Part shown: piece by piece, positions 9,832-19,633 of the stretch
How the letters are laid out: every line of letters starts with the position of its first letter
How positions within the stretch are numbered: the stretch's first letter is position 1
From: an uncultured Methylomirabilota bacterium
Lineage (GTDB): Bacteria; Methylomirabilota; Methylomirabilia; Methylomirabilales; 2-02-FULL-66-22
Assembly (NCBI GenBank): GCA_963845565.1
Contig: CAWJSJ010000002.1
Coordinates: 1,024,001-1,088,000 of the forward strand
Direction: 5' to 3'
DNA length: 64,000 nucleotides
Translations under genes and position numbers: made by a program
Notes under the pieces: generated by a model
Database searches by the model: none
Told to the model about the DNA's origin: nothing
Seen by the model: the letters and a program-made list of their open reading frames with translations, nothing else

Positions 9832-10799
9832 ACCGGTTCGAGTTCGCGCGGGCCACGAGCGTTGCCGAAGCGCTGAGCCTCGTCGCGGAGAAGCCGGGCA
9901 GCGTCTGGAAGGCGGGCGGGATCGACCTCCTCGACCACCTGAAAGAGCACCTGATCGAGCCCCCTCGGCTGGTGGACCTGAAGTCGATTCCGGGATTGGA
10001 TGGCATCCACAGCGATCCGGACGGGAGCCTCCGGATCGGACCGCTCGTCACCATGGCCCGCATCGCCGCGCATCCTGGTATCCGCACCACGCATGCCGGC
10101 CTGGCGCAGGCCTGCGGTGAAGCGGCCTCGCCGCAGATCCGGAACGTGGCGACGATCGGCGGCAATCTCCTCCAGCGACCACGCTGCTGGTATTACCGGC
10201 TCGCGTCCTACCGCTGCCTCAAGAAGGGCGGCGATACCTGCTTTGCGATCGCGGGAGAGAACCGGTACCACACGATCCTCGCCGACGGCGCCTGCCAGGC
10301 CCCGCATCCGTCGAATGCCGCCATGGGGCTCTCGGCGCTGGGGGCCTCGCTCGTGTTCCAGAGTAGCCGCGGCACACGCACGCTGCCGGCGGAGCAGTTC
10401 TTCGCGATCCCCGGAAAGGACCCCCGGCGGGAGAACGCCAAGGAACCCGACGAGATCCTCACGGCCATCCATGTGCCGGCGGCCCAGGGGGTGCGCTCCG
10501 TCTACGCCAGCGTCAAGGAGAAGGCCGCGTTCGACTGGCCGCTGGTCTCGACGGCCGTGGCGCTTCGGGCGGATGGGGGCGTCGTTCGCGAGGCCCGGAT
10601 CATGCTGGGTGCGGTGGCAACCGTGCCGCTCCGTTCCGCGGCCGCCGAGCAGGCGCTGCTCGGTAGGCGCCTGGACGATGCGACGGCCGAGGCCGTCGCC
10701 AATGCGGCCGCCGCCGCGGCCCAACCGCTCTCGGATAATGGCTACAAGGTCGAGCTGCTGAAGACCTTGCTTCGCCGGACCCTGCGGTCGCTGGCGTGA
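9828..10799 (+). CDS. xanthine-dehydrogenase-family FAD-binding subunit (PaoB/YagS-like, with Cys cluster)
   Basis: AGGIDLL, ASPQIRNVATIGGNLLQRPRCWYYR, C..KGG..C; ATGA overlap with the Mo subunit. Confidence 0.9.
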   Translation: MNRFEFARATSVAEALSLVAEKPGSVWKAGGIDLLDHLKEHLIEPPRLVDLKSIPGLDGIHSDPDGSLRIGPLVTMARIAAHPGIRTTHAGLAQACGEAASPQIRNVATIGGNLLQRPRCWYYRLASYRCLKKGGDTCFAIAGENRYHTILADGACQAPHPSNAAMGLSALGASLVFQSSRGTRTLPAEQFFAIPGKDPRRENAKEPDEILTAIHVPAAQGVRSVYASVKEKAAFDWPLVSTAVALRADGGVVREARIMLGAVATVPLRSAAAEQALLGRRLDDATAEAVANAAAAAAQPLSDNGYKVELLKTLLRRTLRSLA

Positions 10800-10807
10800 G
10801 GTGAGGG

Positions 10808-11011
10808 ATGAACGACAGTAACGCGCCTGTCTGCAAGCGTCTCCGCAGCCGAGGCTTTTACGCCGCAGAGCCCGAGGAGGTGGAGCACTTCGAGTTCTCG
10901 CCCGAGAGCGCATGCTGGTGCGCCCGGACGGTGACCGTCCTCGGCCCCGACGACGTCCTCTGCTCTCTCGACATGTGCCAGCCCGGCCGGACCTGCTTCG
11001 AGACGAGGTAG
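10808..11011 (+). CDS. small Cys-rich hypothetical protein
   Basis: 67 aa with 6 Cys (CKRLRS, CWC, LGPDD..C...C.PGR.CF); starts 8 nt after the FAD subunit. Confidence 0.7.
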   Translation: MNDSNAPVCKRLRSRGFYAAEPEEVEHFEFSPESACWCARTVTVLGPDDVLCSLDMCQPGRTCFETR

Positions 11012-11206
11012 GCATTCGCAGGTTGCATGGACCGCCAGGAGTGCCCTGACGAACGCCGCACCGCGACCTCCTTCGGCGGGGCAACCGCCGCGTTATCAAG
11101 AGAACGCGAGGATACTCCGGAAATCACGGGTCCCCGTGTTGAGACCGAAGCGCCTGTCCTCGATCACGAAACGAGCAACCATGGGCGATGGGGAGACGGT
11201 CGGGAC

Positions 11207-12631
11207 ATGGAACGGCTGAGTCAGGAGCAAGGGCGAGCGCTTCGCGCGGCCGGAGCCGCGCCCGCGGCAGTCACGAAGTTTTCGCGCGCCCTCGACGCTC
11301 TGCGTCTGGCGGCGCGGTTGACCGGGAAGAGCCTGGCGGCTGACGCGCGGAAGGCCGGTGCGGTGTATGCGGGAGGCGCCGCGCTCCTGGCGGCCTGGCC
11401 GGCGAAGCCCCGGAGGGATGCCGTCCAGGCAGCGGGCGCGGAAATCGTGCACGGTCTCCTGCGGGCGGTGCGGAACCGATTCGCCCGGGCCTACGTGGGT
11501 CCGATCTACGACCGTGTGACCGAGCAGCGTCGGAGGTTTCTCCGCGCCGACGAGTTGGTCTACGCGGTGGCCGATCTCTGCCCCGGCCTCTGCCCGAGCC
11601 AGAAAGAGGTGGCGGCCGAACGCGGGCTGCTCCTTGCCGAGAAAGATGGGGTCGAGATCGCGCAGGGCGACTTCCTCTCGCACGTCTTCGTTCGCAAGGA
11701 GGCGGGAGACCACTTGCTGCATGCGATGCTCCAGCCGCTGCCGGCGTCGCAGGAGCTTCTGGCAAAGTTCCGGCGAGAGGGGCGGGTGGATCTCGGGACG
11801 GCCCACGTGGAGCGGCGCGGCGCGCTCGGGTGCGTGTTCTTCAATAACCTGCGCTACCTGAACGCCGAGGACGATACCACGGTCGGCCCCCTGGAGACCG
11901 CGATCGATCTGGTGCTGCTCGATTCCGACATCCAGGCGGGCCTGCTGCGGGGAAATCCGGTCACGCACTCCAAATACCGCGGTCGGCGAATCTTTTCCTC
12001 CGGGCTCAACCTGACTCACCTCTATCAAGGGAAGCTCCCGCTGCTTTTCTTTGCGACCAGGGATTTGGGGTTCGTCGGCAAGCTCTACCGGGGGCTGGCC
12101 GGCGACGAGTACGACCCCGACGGGCCCGAGGCCACCCTGGAGAAGCCCTGGATTGCGGCCGTGGAGGGGTTCGCCATCGGTGGCGGCTGCCAACTGCTCC
12201 TGGTCGTGGACTACGTGATCGCGGAAGCGGGGTCCTTCTTCAACCTCCCGGCCCGGAAAGAGGGGATCGTCCCTGGCGTGGCGCCCATTCGACTCCCGCG
12301 CTTCGTGGGGGAGCGGGCGACCCGGGAAGGGATCCTGTTCGACAAGACCTTCACCGCCGAGTCCCCGGAAGGGCGATCCCTTGCCAATGAGGTGGTCCCG
12401 GCCGGGCAAATGGACGAGGCCATCGCCCGCGCCGCGGCCGCCGTCACGGGCGGCGGCGTGATCAGCGCGGGGGCGAACCGCAAGGCCATCCGCCTCGGCC
12501 ATGAGCCCCGGGACCTCTTCCGGCAGTATATGGCCCTGTACTGTCGGGAACAGGCCACCTGCCAATTCAGCCCCACGCTGATCCGGAACCTCGAGCGCAA
12601 CTGGCGCGCAGCAGAACGGCCTCGGGAGTAG
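11207..12631 (+). CDS. DpgC-like crotonase-fold protein (3,5-dihydroxyphenylacetyl-CoA dioxygenase family)
   Basis: EKDGVEIAQGDFLS, YLNAED, KYRGRRIFSSGLNLTHL, EKPWIAAVEGFAIGGGCQLLL, LPARKEGIVPG. Confidence 0.8.
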   Translation: MERLSQEQGRALRAAGAAPAAVTKFSRALDALRLAARLTGKSLAADARKAGAVYAGGAALLAAWPAKPRRDAVQAAGAEIVHGLLRAVRNRFARAYVGPIYDRVTEQRRRFLRADELVYAVADLCPGLCPSQKEVAAERGLLLAEKDGVEIAQGDFLSHVFVRKEAGDHLLHAMLQPLPASQELLAKFRREGRVDLGTAHVERRGALGCVFFNNLRYLNAEDDTTVGPLETAIDLVLLDSDIQAGLLRGNPVTHSKYRGRRIFSSGLNLTHLYQGKLPLLFFATRDLGFVGKLYRGLAGDEYDPDGPEATLEKPWIAAVEGFAIGGGCQLLLVVDYVIAEAGSFFNLPARKEGIVPGVAPIRLPRFVGERATREGILFDKTFTAESPEGRSLANEVVPAGQMDEAIARAAAAVTGGGVISAGANRKAIRLGHEPRDLFRQYMALYCREQATCQFSPTLIRNLERNWRAAERPRE

Positions 12632-12672
12632 CGCCCACCCGACCCCGCGTCTTCCCGCCCCCCGCCACTATC

Positions 12673-12855
12673 TTGACAGCTACCAAGGGCCGGCGTAGAG
12701 TCCCTGCCAACGGCTCCGGCTCTCCCAGCTTTCAGCCGGGCCCACCCTCCTCCTCCTCGACTACGCACCCGACGGGCGAACCAGCCCGGCGTCGGTCCCT
12801 ACCAGGCATGGGTGCCGGGAGCGCGTGCCGCTTCTGGCGAGGCGTATTCCTTCGT
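12673..12855 (+). repeat. promoter plus structured-leader repeat, copy A
   Basis: TTGACA-N17-TAGAGT followed by about 150 nt similar to 22316-22500 and 20644-20740. Confidence 0.75.
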
Positions 12856-12961
12856 CGTGATTGCGGCAGGAGGTACCGGCGGAAACGTTGTCTCCACACC
12901 GACGTTCCCCACCACGTATGATTTTGCACGGGCGGCGGTACGTGCTCTCGAGGGGGTCCCT

Positions 12962-13549
12962 ATGGATCAATATTTGGTCTATCTTGTCACGGTGCTCGGG
13001 GTCGTGCTGTGCATGTTTTCGTTTGCCGTGATCTTCCGCGGCCAGCGCGTTCCGGGAGACGAAGGCAACCCGCAGGAACTGGAGTTCAAGGGCCTGAAAG
13101 TCAGAACGAACGTGGTCGTGTCGCTGCTCCTCGTGTCGGTCGTCGTGGCGGTGCTGCCGCTGGTTCTTCAGGCGTGGCCGCGGATTGTCGAGGCCCGCAG
13201 CCGAAGCTGTCCCGACCAGGTCGCGACGCCGGCGAAGCCGCAGGATCTCGCCCTATTCCTCACCGGACAGGTGCTGGACAACCAGGGGCCAGTGGAGGGC
13301 GCATCGGTGACCGTGGTCAACTTGAAGGACTCAAAACCCGGCGACCAGCAGGAGCCGGTGGCCAAGGTGGTGACAGACGGCAGCGGCAGCTTCGATTTCG
13401 CGCCCCTCCCCCTCAGTGACAGGGACCGCTACAAAGTGGTTGCGGCCAAAGACGGCTATATCGAGCAATACGTATACATGGGCCCAGCGGGGGCCGTCAC
13501 CGTGCGAACCGTGTTGGTGGCAAAGAAGAAGGGCGGAGGAAACCAATGA
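12962..13549 (+). CDS. 2-TM membrane protein with C-terminal carboxypeptidase-regulatory-like beta-sandwich
   Basis: two hydrophobic helices, then LTGQVLD..GPVEGASVTV...TDGSGSFDF...YKVVAAKDGY. Confidence 0.7.
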   Translation: MDQYLVYLVTVLGVVLCMFSFAVIFRGQRVPGDEGNPQELEFKGLKVRTNVVVSLLLVSVVVAVLPLVLQAWPRIVEARSRSCPDQVATPAKPQDLALFLTGQVLDNQGPVEGASVTVVNLKDSKPGDQQEPVAKVVTDGSGSFDFAPLPLSDRDRYKVVAAKDGYIEQYVYMGPAGAVTVRTVLVAKKKGGGNQ

Positions 13550-14379
13550 ACACGACGTCGTGGATGGGCGCCGCCGTGGTTGCGCTGGTGCTGATCGGCG
13601 GAGTGGCAGACGCGCAGCCGCTGGCGTCCCGCGTCGTATCGCAGCCTGACGGCGCCGAAATGGTTGTGGTGCCGGAAGGGTCGTTCACGTTCGGCGCAAA
13701 GCAGGAGGAGATCAAAGCGCTGCTCAAAAAGTTGAAGGCCGGCTGGGCCGACATCTACGCCGGTGAGCACAAGAAACAAACCGTGACGCTCCCGGCCTTC
13801 TACATCGATCGGCTCGAGGTCACCAACGAGCAGTACAACCGTTTCGTCGGCGCCGCCAAGGGCAAGCCCTCGCGCTTCGCTCGCTATCCCCAACTCAACG
13901 CACCGAAGCAGCCCGTCGTCGGCATCGGCTGGAAGGACGCCGAGGCGTATTGCCGTTGGTCGGGCAAGCGGTTGCCGACCGAGGAGGAGTGGGAAAAGGC
14001 GGCGCGCGGGACCGACGCCCGCACTTGGCCGTGGGGGAACGAGTCTGACGAGAAGGCGTTCAACGGGAAGGCCGCCGAGTATTCCGCCCCGGTCGCAGTC
14101 GGCAGCTTCCCGAGGGGCGACAGCACGTACGGCGCGGCGGACATGGCCGGAAACGTGTGGGAGATGACCTCCAGCACGTGGCAAGGCGACGCGAAAACGA
14201 TGCGCGGAGGGTCGTTCCTGAACCGTCTGGCCGACGTGCGCGTGACGGTGCGTTGGGCACCCGACGACCCGAGCCGAGGCACCAACTGGCTGGGCTTCCG
14301 CTGCGCCGTGGACGCGGGGATGGCACAAACGCTTTACGGAAAACCATCCCCCGCCGAACCGGCGAAGAAAGGGCCGTAG
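13546..14379 (+). CDS. exported FGE/SUMF1-fold (FGE-sulfatase domain) protein
   Basis: signal peptide; EVTNEQY, RLPTEEEWEKAARG, DMAGNVWE, RGGSF, GFRC; ATGA overlap with the upstream gene. Confidence 0.85.
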   Translation: MNTTSWMGAAVVALVLIGGVADAQPLASRVVSQPDGAEMVVVPEGSFTFGAKQEEIKALLKKLKAGWADIYAGEHKKQTVTLPAFYIDRLEVTNEQYNRFVGAAKGKPSRFARYPQLNAPKQPVVGIGWKDAEAYCRWSGKRLPTEEEWEKAARGTDARTWPWGNESDEKAFNGKAAEYSAPVAVGSFPRGDSTYGAADMAGNVWEMTSSTWQGDAKTMRGGSFLNRLADVRVTVRWAPDDPSRGTNWLGFRCAVDAGMAQTLYGKPSPAEPAKKGP

Positions 14380-14629
14380 GGGTGCGGGGGTGCCCTCTCG
14401 ACTGTGGGAGCCCAAGGGACCGCGGAATGCACATCAGAATCCATGGCCGCCTTTCATCAGAGTGTCCGGGATGATCCAGGGGCAACAGAAGCACTCGGAG
14501 ATGCGGGCCAGTGTGGGGCGGCGGCGCGGCTGCGAGTATTGAGCTGACGCCCGCCTGACCTTCTCGGCCGTAGGTTCTTTGTCGTCAAAGCGTTTTAGAA
14601 CCAACGTCCCCCGTGATGGAAAGGGGTAG

Positions 14630-17600
14630 GTGATGGGATCGGCGGCGAATGTCGAAGGTTCGCTCGGCGAGGCACCGCGACGGCGAGAGGATCTGCCCGA
14701 GGTCTCCGACGAGGCCGCTCAGGCCGCGCGAGAACAGGTTGCGCAGCGCACGTTCGTGCCGTCCACGCACCGGCCACCTGAGGAGGTGCTGCCCAATCCG
14801 GAATTCATCCGCATCCTCGACCAGGGGCAGGAAGGCGTCAGCGTCGGCGTCGCGTTGGCAGCGGTGCTCAACTATCTGCGCGCCGAGCAGGGCGAACGCG
14901 AGCCGGTCAGCCCGCGAATGCTGTACGAGTACGCGCGACTGTACGACGAATGGCGCGACGCCGATCACGAAGGCAGTTCGCTGGTCGGCGGCCTCGCCGG
15001 CCTGGTCCGCCACGGCGTATGCCTCGATACCGAATGGCCGCTGTATGACCCCAACCTCCGGCCCGACGCGGCTGCACTGAAGGCGGCGCTGACGAACCGG
15101 CCGGCCGCCGTGCTGCGAGTCGACAAACGCATTGAGCACCTGCGGGCCGCTGTGTTCGAGGACCACGCGGTCGTGGTGGCGGCGGAACTTCACGACGGTT
15201 GGCGGGAGCCGCTGCGCGGCGTGATCCCGTTTCGCGCCAAGCGCCGGGGGAAGGCTGCGACGCAGGGAAGCCACGCCTTCGCCCTGCTGGGCTATACCGC
15301 AGAGGGCTTCATCGTCCAGAATTCATGGGGCATGAACTGGGGCGGTGTCGAGCTGCGAGATCACCACCTGCCCGGGACCGCGATCTGGACCTACGACGAC
15401 GCGACGGCTCATCTTGTGGATGCCTGGGCGATCCAGCTGTCGCGCCGTCCCTACCACGCGCCGCTGGTTGGCTACGACGCCGATAGTCTGGAGGGGGACG
15501 ACCTGCTTGAGATCAAGGCCGAGGTGAACGCCTTCAGCTACGTGCTGGCGTCGCGCGCGATCAAGCCGCCGATGGCGTTGGGCCTGTTCGGCGACTGGGG
15601 CAGCGGGAAGTCGTTCTTCATGCAGGAGATGAAGAAGAAGATCGCGTCGCTCGCCGTGCTACCGGCCAAGCGCCCCGACAGCGGCGAGACGCGGTCGCCG
15701 TTCTGCCGCCAGATCGTACAGATCCGTTTCAACGCCTGGCACTACCTCGATACCGACTTGTGGGCAAGCCTGGTGACCGAAATCTTCGACGGCCTGTTCG
15801 CGGGCATCGGCGGCAAGACCGGTAAACCGGAGGAGAAGCTGCCCGAACTGGCGGTAGAACTGCAAAATGCCAACGGCGTGTACCAGCAGGCACGGCAGCA
15901 GTTGGAGGATGCGAAGACGGCGCGCGCGCGAGCGGAGGCCACGTTGCGGGACGCCGTCAAGGAGCGCGAGGACCGGGAGGTCGCGCTACGCACCCAGCTC
16001 AACGATCTGACGCAGTTGTTGAAGGACACGCCTGCCGTGAAAGCGCAGGTGGATCGGCTCGCCGCGGACCTCGGCATGCCCGAGATGAGAACGTCGTACC
16101 AGGCGCTCGATGCGCGGGCCACCGAGCTCAAGAGCATAACCCACGGGTTCACGGCATTGTTGCAGACGATGTTCTCGACGCCATGGGGCTGGCCACGACT
16201 GTTGTGGCTGATAGCAGCGATGTGCGCGCCAGTCCTGGTCGTGATGGGCATCGAGCTGCTGCGGTGGTGGTTTTCCGTGCCGATCGAACGCTTTCACGCG
16301 TTCGCAGTCCAGCTGAGCACGCTGCTGGCGGCCGTCACCGCCTGGCTGGGCGTGCAGGCCAAGCGCGGTGCGGGCGTGCTGGCCTCGTTGCGGGATGCGC
16401 ACCAGAAGCTGGAAGTGATCCGCGCCACGCGGCGAGCGGAGGCGGTGGCCAACCAGGAAGGCGCATTGCAGGCGCTGCGGGAGAAGGAAGACGCGGCCCG
16501 CAAGAGCATGCAGGATGCCGAGCAGCGCGTGCAGGCACTGCAACGCGAGATCGACGACCTGCAACCGGGACGATTGATCATGCGCTTCATCGAGGAGCGC
16601 ACCAAGTCGAGCGACTATCGCTCGCGGCTGGGGATCGTCAGCCTGGTGCGGCGCGACTTCGAGCGGCTGAGCGAGCTGGCCGACCCGGACTCCGACAAGC
16701 GCAACGCCGACGTGATGCCGGTGGAGCGGATCATCCTGTACATCGACGATCTGGACCGCTGCAAACCGGACCGCGTGATCGAGGTGCTGGAGGCGGTGCA
16801 CCTGCTGCTCGCCTTCCGGCTGTTCATGGTGGTGGTAGCTGTCGATCCGCGCTGGCTGCGCCGCTGCCTGGAAAAGCACTATCCCGACCTCCTGGCCCTC
16901 CGCACCCAGGAGGTGGCCACCGTGGCGCACGTGGTTCCGTCGCGTCCGGCCACGGCGCAGGACTATCTGGAGAAGATCTTCCAGATCCCGTTCACGCTGC
17001 AACCCCTGAAGGACGACGGCTACCGCCGGCTGATCCGCGGCCTGACCGAACAGAACCGCATGCCGGATACGCTCGTGCCGCTGGCAGGCCGTACGAGTGC
17101 GACCGGCGCTGCGCTATCCGCCACCGGGCAGGCAACGGCGGGCACCGAGAGCGGTCAGGCGCAAGGTATGCCGTTGTCTGCGGTGACGGATGTGATCAAG
17201 GCGCAGGCCAAGCAGGCATTGCGCGACCAGGCCACCGCGGAAGACACAGCCGAAAGCGAGGAAAGCGCCATCGAACGGCTGCGTATCCGCGCGTGGGAAC
17301 TGGACGATATGGAGCGCCTGGCGCCACTCTTCCACACGCCGCGTGCGGTCAAGCGCTTCGTCAACACCTATCGTTTCCTGCGTGCCGGGGTGCGGCAACA
17401 ATACCTCGGCCGCTTCGAAGGCGAACGGGACGAGCCGGGCACCTACCGCGCCGCGCTGACCTTGCTGGCAATCATCGTCAGCTACTCCAACGTCGCACCC
17501 CGCTTTCTGCGACGGATCCTCGATACCGCCGAGCGCGGCGCCTCGAAGCAGGGCTGGCTCGACTTCCTGCGAGACGCGCGGGCCGATGCCGTCAGCCTGG

Positions 17601-17887
17601 TGCACGACGCCGAAGACGGTGGGCCGGCGAGCGTGACTGTGCGCAGTACGAGCGGACGCTCGACCCGGAAAACGCCGGCCACACGGCCGCGCGAGGCGGG
17701 AGCGGGTCCGCTGCCGCGCAACTGGGAAGAGGTCGAGTGGCTTCAGTTGTGCGATGCGCTGCTCGGCGTGTCGAAGGATGAGTTCCCGGTGCGCGAGATC
17801 GGGGAGCTCGAAGAATGGGCTCACACCGTGGCGCGCTATTCATTCTCGCTGGGGCCCGTGCCGACGGTCGCTCACCCCGGCCGCTGA
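14630..17887 (+). CDS. papain-like (C1) domain fused to membrane-anchored KAP-family P-loop NTPase
   Basis: C1 motifs DQGQEGVS, SPRMLY, GSHAFALLGY, QNSWG; KAP motifs GLFGDWGSGKS, FNAWHY, coiled-coil plus 2 TM insert, YIDDLDRC, YLEKIFQIPF, TPRAVKRFVN. Confidence 0.85.
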   Translation: MMGSAANVEGSLGEAPRRREDLPEVSDEAAQAAREQVAQRTFVPSTHRPPEEVLPNPEFIRILDQGQEGVSVGVALAAVLNYLRAEQGEREPVSPRMLYEYARLYDEWRDADHEGSSLVGGLAGLVRHGVCLDTEWPLYDPNLRPDAAALKAALTNRPAAVLRVDKRIEHLRAAVFEDHAVVVAAELHDGWREPLRGVIPFRAKRRGKAATQGSHAFALLGYTAEGFIVQNSWGMNWGGVELRDHHLPGTAIWTYDDATAHLVDAWAIQLSRRPYHAPLVGYDADSLEGDDLLEIKAEVNAFSYVLASRAIKPPMALGLFGDWGSGKSFFMQEMKKKIASLAVLPAKRPDSGETRSPFCRQIVQIRFNAWHYLDTDLWASLVTEIFDGLFAGIGGKTGKPEEKLPELAVELQNANGVYQQARQQLEDAKTARARAEATLRDAVKEREDREVALRTQLNDLTQLLKDTPAVKAQVDRLAADLGMPEMRTSYQALDARATELKSITHGFTALLQTMFSTPWGWPRLLWLIAAMCAPVLVVMGIELLRWWFSVPIERFHAFAVQLSTLLAAVTAWLGVQAKRGAGVLASLRDAHQKLEVIRATRRAEAVANQEGALQALREKEDAARKSMQDAEQRVQALQREIDDLQPGRLIMRFIEERTKSSDYRSRLGIVSLVRRDFERLSELADPDSDKRNADVMPVERIILYIDDLDRCKPDRVIEVLEAVHLLLAFRLFMVVVAVDPRWLRRCLEKHYPDLLALRTQEVATVAHVVPSRPATAQDYLEKIFQIPFTLQPLKDDGYRRLIRGLTEQNRMPDTLVPLAGRTSATGAALSATGQATAGTESGQAQGMPLSAVTDVIKAQAKQALRDQATAEDTAESEESAIERLRIRAWELDDMERLAPLFHTPRAVKRFVNTYRFLRAGVRQQYLGRFEGERDEPGTYRAALTLLAIIVSYSNVAPRFLRRILDTAERGASKQGWLDFLRDARADAVSLVHDAEDGGPASVTVRSTSGRSTRKTPATRPREAGAGPLPRNWEEVEWLQLCDALLGVSKDEFPVREIGELEEWAHTVARYSFSLGPVPTVAHPGR

Positions 17888-17966
17888 CCCGGTGGGCAGC
17901 GCTGGCGCAGCCTGGGCGTTTCAGGGTGGGATCCTTAGGGTGACGGAGATTCTCGGAGGGAGAACA

Positions 17967-19134
17967 GTGACGCAAGCGGAGATGACGCCACGGGAGCGCG
18001 TGAAGGCGGCCCTCAACCACCAGGAGCCCGATCGGGTGCCTCTGGATCTCGGCCAGGCGGTCGGCGACGGGATCACCCTGACCGCCTACCGGAACCTCCT
18101 TGCCCATCTGGGGATGAGCGATAAGATGGTCCAGGTCAAGGACAAGCGCGGGCAGACGGCCCGCGTGGACGAGGAGATCCTGCGACGATTCCACATCGAC
18201 TTCCGGGGGGTCGGGTTGGGCGCCCCGGAGCGCTGGAAGGATCGCTGGCTCGACGAGCGTACCTTCGAGGACGAGTGGGGCGTGGTGCGGACCATGCCCA
18301 AGGACTCCTACTATTTCGACCTGGTCGGCTCCCCGCTGGCGGAAGACGGAAGCCTCTCGGCGCTCGAGACGTACCGCTGGCCGGACCCGATGGATCCCGG
18401 GCGCTTTCGCGGCCTGCGTGAACGGGCGCAACACCTTCATCGGGAGACGGACTACGCCGTCGTGGTGGATCTGAACTGCGCCTTCTTTCTCCGCTGCTGC
18501 GAATTGCGCGGCTGGGAGAACTTCTACATGGACATCGTGGCGAACGTTCCGTTCGCCGAGGCCTTGATGGACCGCTTCCTGGAGATCCGCCTCGCCATCG
18601 CCGAGCGCGCGCTGCAGGAGGTGGGGGAGGACGTGGACATCGTCATGGTGACCAGCGACGACCTCGGGGGCACGGATAGTCCACTCATCTCGCCGGCGCT
18701 CTACCGGTCATTGATCAAGCCCCGGCAGCAGCGCACCTTCGATTTCTTCCGGGCCCGCACCGGGGCCAAGCTCTACTACCACACCGACGGCGCCATCTAC
18801 CCGCTGCTCCCCGATTTCGTCGATTTGGGGGTGGACATCCTGAACCCGGTCCAGGTGTCCGCGGACGGGATGGGCGACACGCAGAAGCTGAAGCGAGAGT
18901 TCGGCGACAAGTTGACCTTCTGGGGCGCCATAGACACCCACCAGGCTCTCCCGTACGGCACCCCCGAGCGACGTTCGCGAGGAGGTCCGCCGCCGGATCC
19001 GGGACCTGGGCCCGGGTGGCGGGTACGTCGTCTGCCCGGTCCACAACATCCAGCCCGAAGTGCCCCCCGCGAACGTCGTCGCAATGTACGAGAGCGCCTA
19101 CGAGCTGGGCCGGTATCCGCTCCGACTCGAATAG
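17967..19134 (+). CDS. uroporphyrinogen decarboxylase / MtaA-CmuA family protein, +1 frameshift near 18969
   Basis: MTPRERV..ALNHQEPDRVP, SDDLG, YHTDG, LNPVQ, FWGAID; the C-terminus GGGYVVCPVHNIQPEVPPANV continues in a shifted frame to TAG 19134. Confidence 0.8.
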
Positions 19135-19219
19135 CCGGATCCCCGAGCACTGCGGTCATGGTGGGATTCCGAGATTTCCGCCGAAATAGGGAATGCCGAA
19201 TGAGCGAGGCGAGGCGCGG

Positions 19220-19633
19220 TTAGGTGCGAACGGGGGCGATGATCGCTACGGAAGGAAAGTAGGTCCGGTAGCGCCGGGTATCCCGCGTGAGCAATTGCAG
19301 TCCGGCCACCGCGGCGTGGGCGCCGATGAAGAAGTCGGGCAAGGGCGTGATTTTGCTTCCCTTTCGCTTTCGGTATCGCAGGAAGGCCTTCCCAGCCAGG
19401 AACGCCGCTTCGAGCGGGATCGGGAGCCGAGGAAACGACTCTGCAGGAAGCACCCCTTCCATCTCCTCGATGGTCGCGACCGCGATCGAGACCTCCGCAT
19501 AGATGATCGGATTGATGTAGAGGGGCCCCTCATCGGCGCACTGCGCCAGCGCGGTGGACGACCACGCGTACCACCGGGCGTCCTCGGTGAGCACGTCCAG
19601 GATGACGTTGCTGTCCACCAGGGTCCCCGCCAT
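19220..19633 (-). CDS. vapC: PIN-domain toxin
   Basis: LVDSNVILD, IIYAE, PDFFIGAHA, LLTRD..RYRTYFP. Confidence 0.9.
   Translation of the reverse strand: MAGTLVDSNVILDVLTEDARWYAWSSTALAQCADEGPLYINPIIYAEVSIAVATIEEMEGVLPAESFPRLPIPLEAAFLAGKAFLRYRKRKGSKITPLPDFFIGAHAAVAGLQLLTRDTRRYRTYFPSVAIIAPVRT

Noticed and set aside
13546..14379. FGE/CLec-fold gene as a diversity-generating retroelement target
   Set aside because: No reverse transcriptase and no template repeat of its 3' end were seen in the window.
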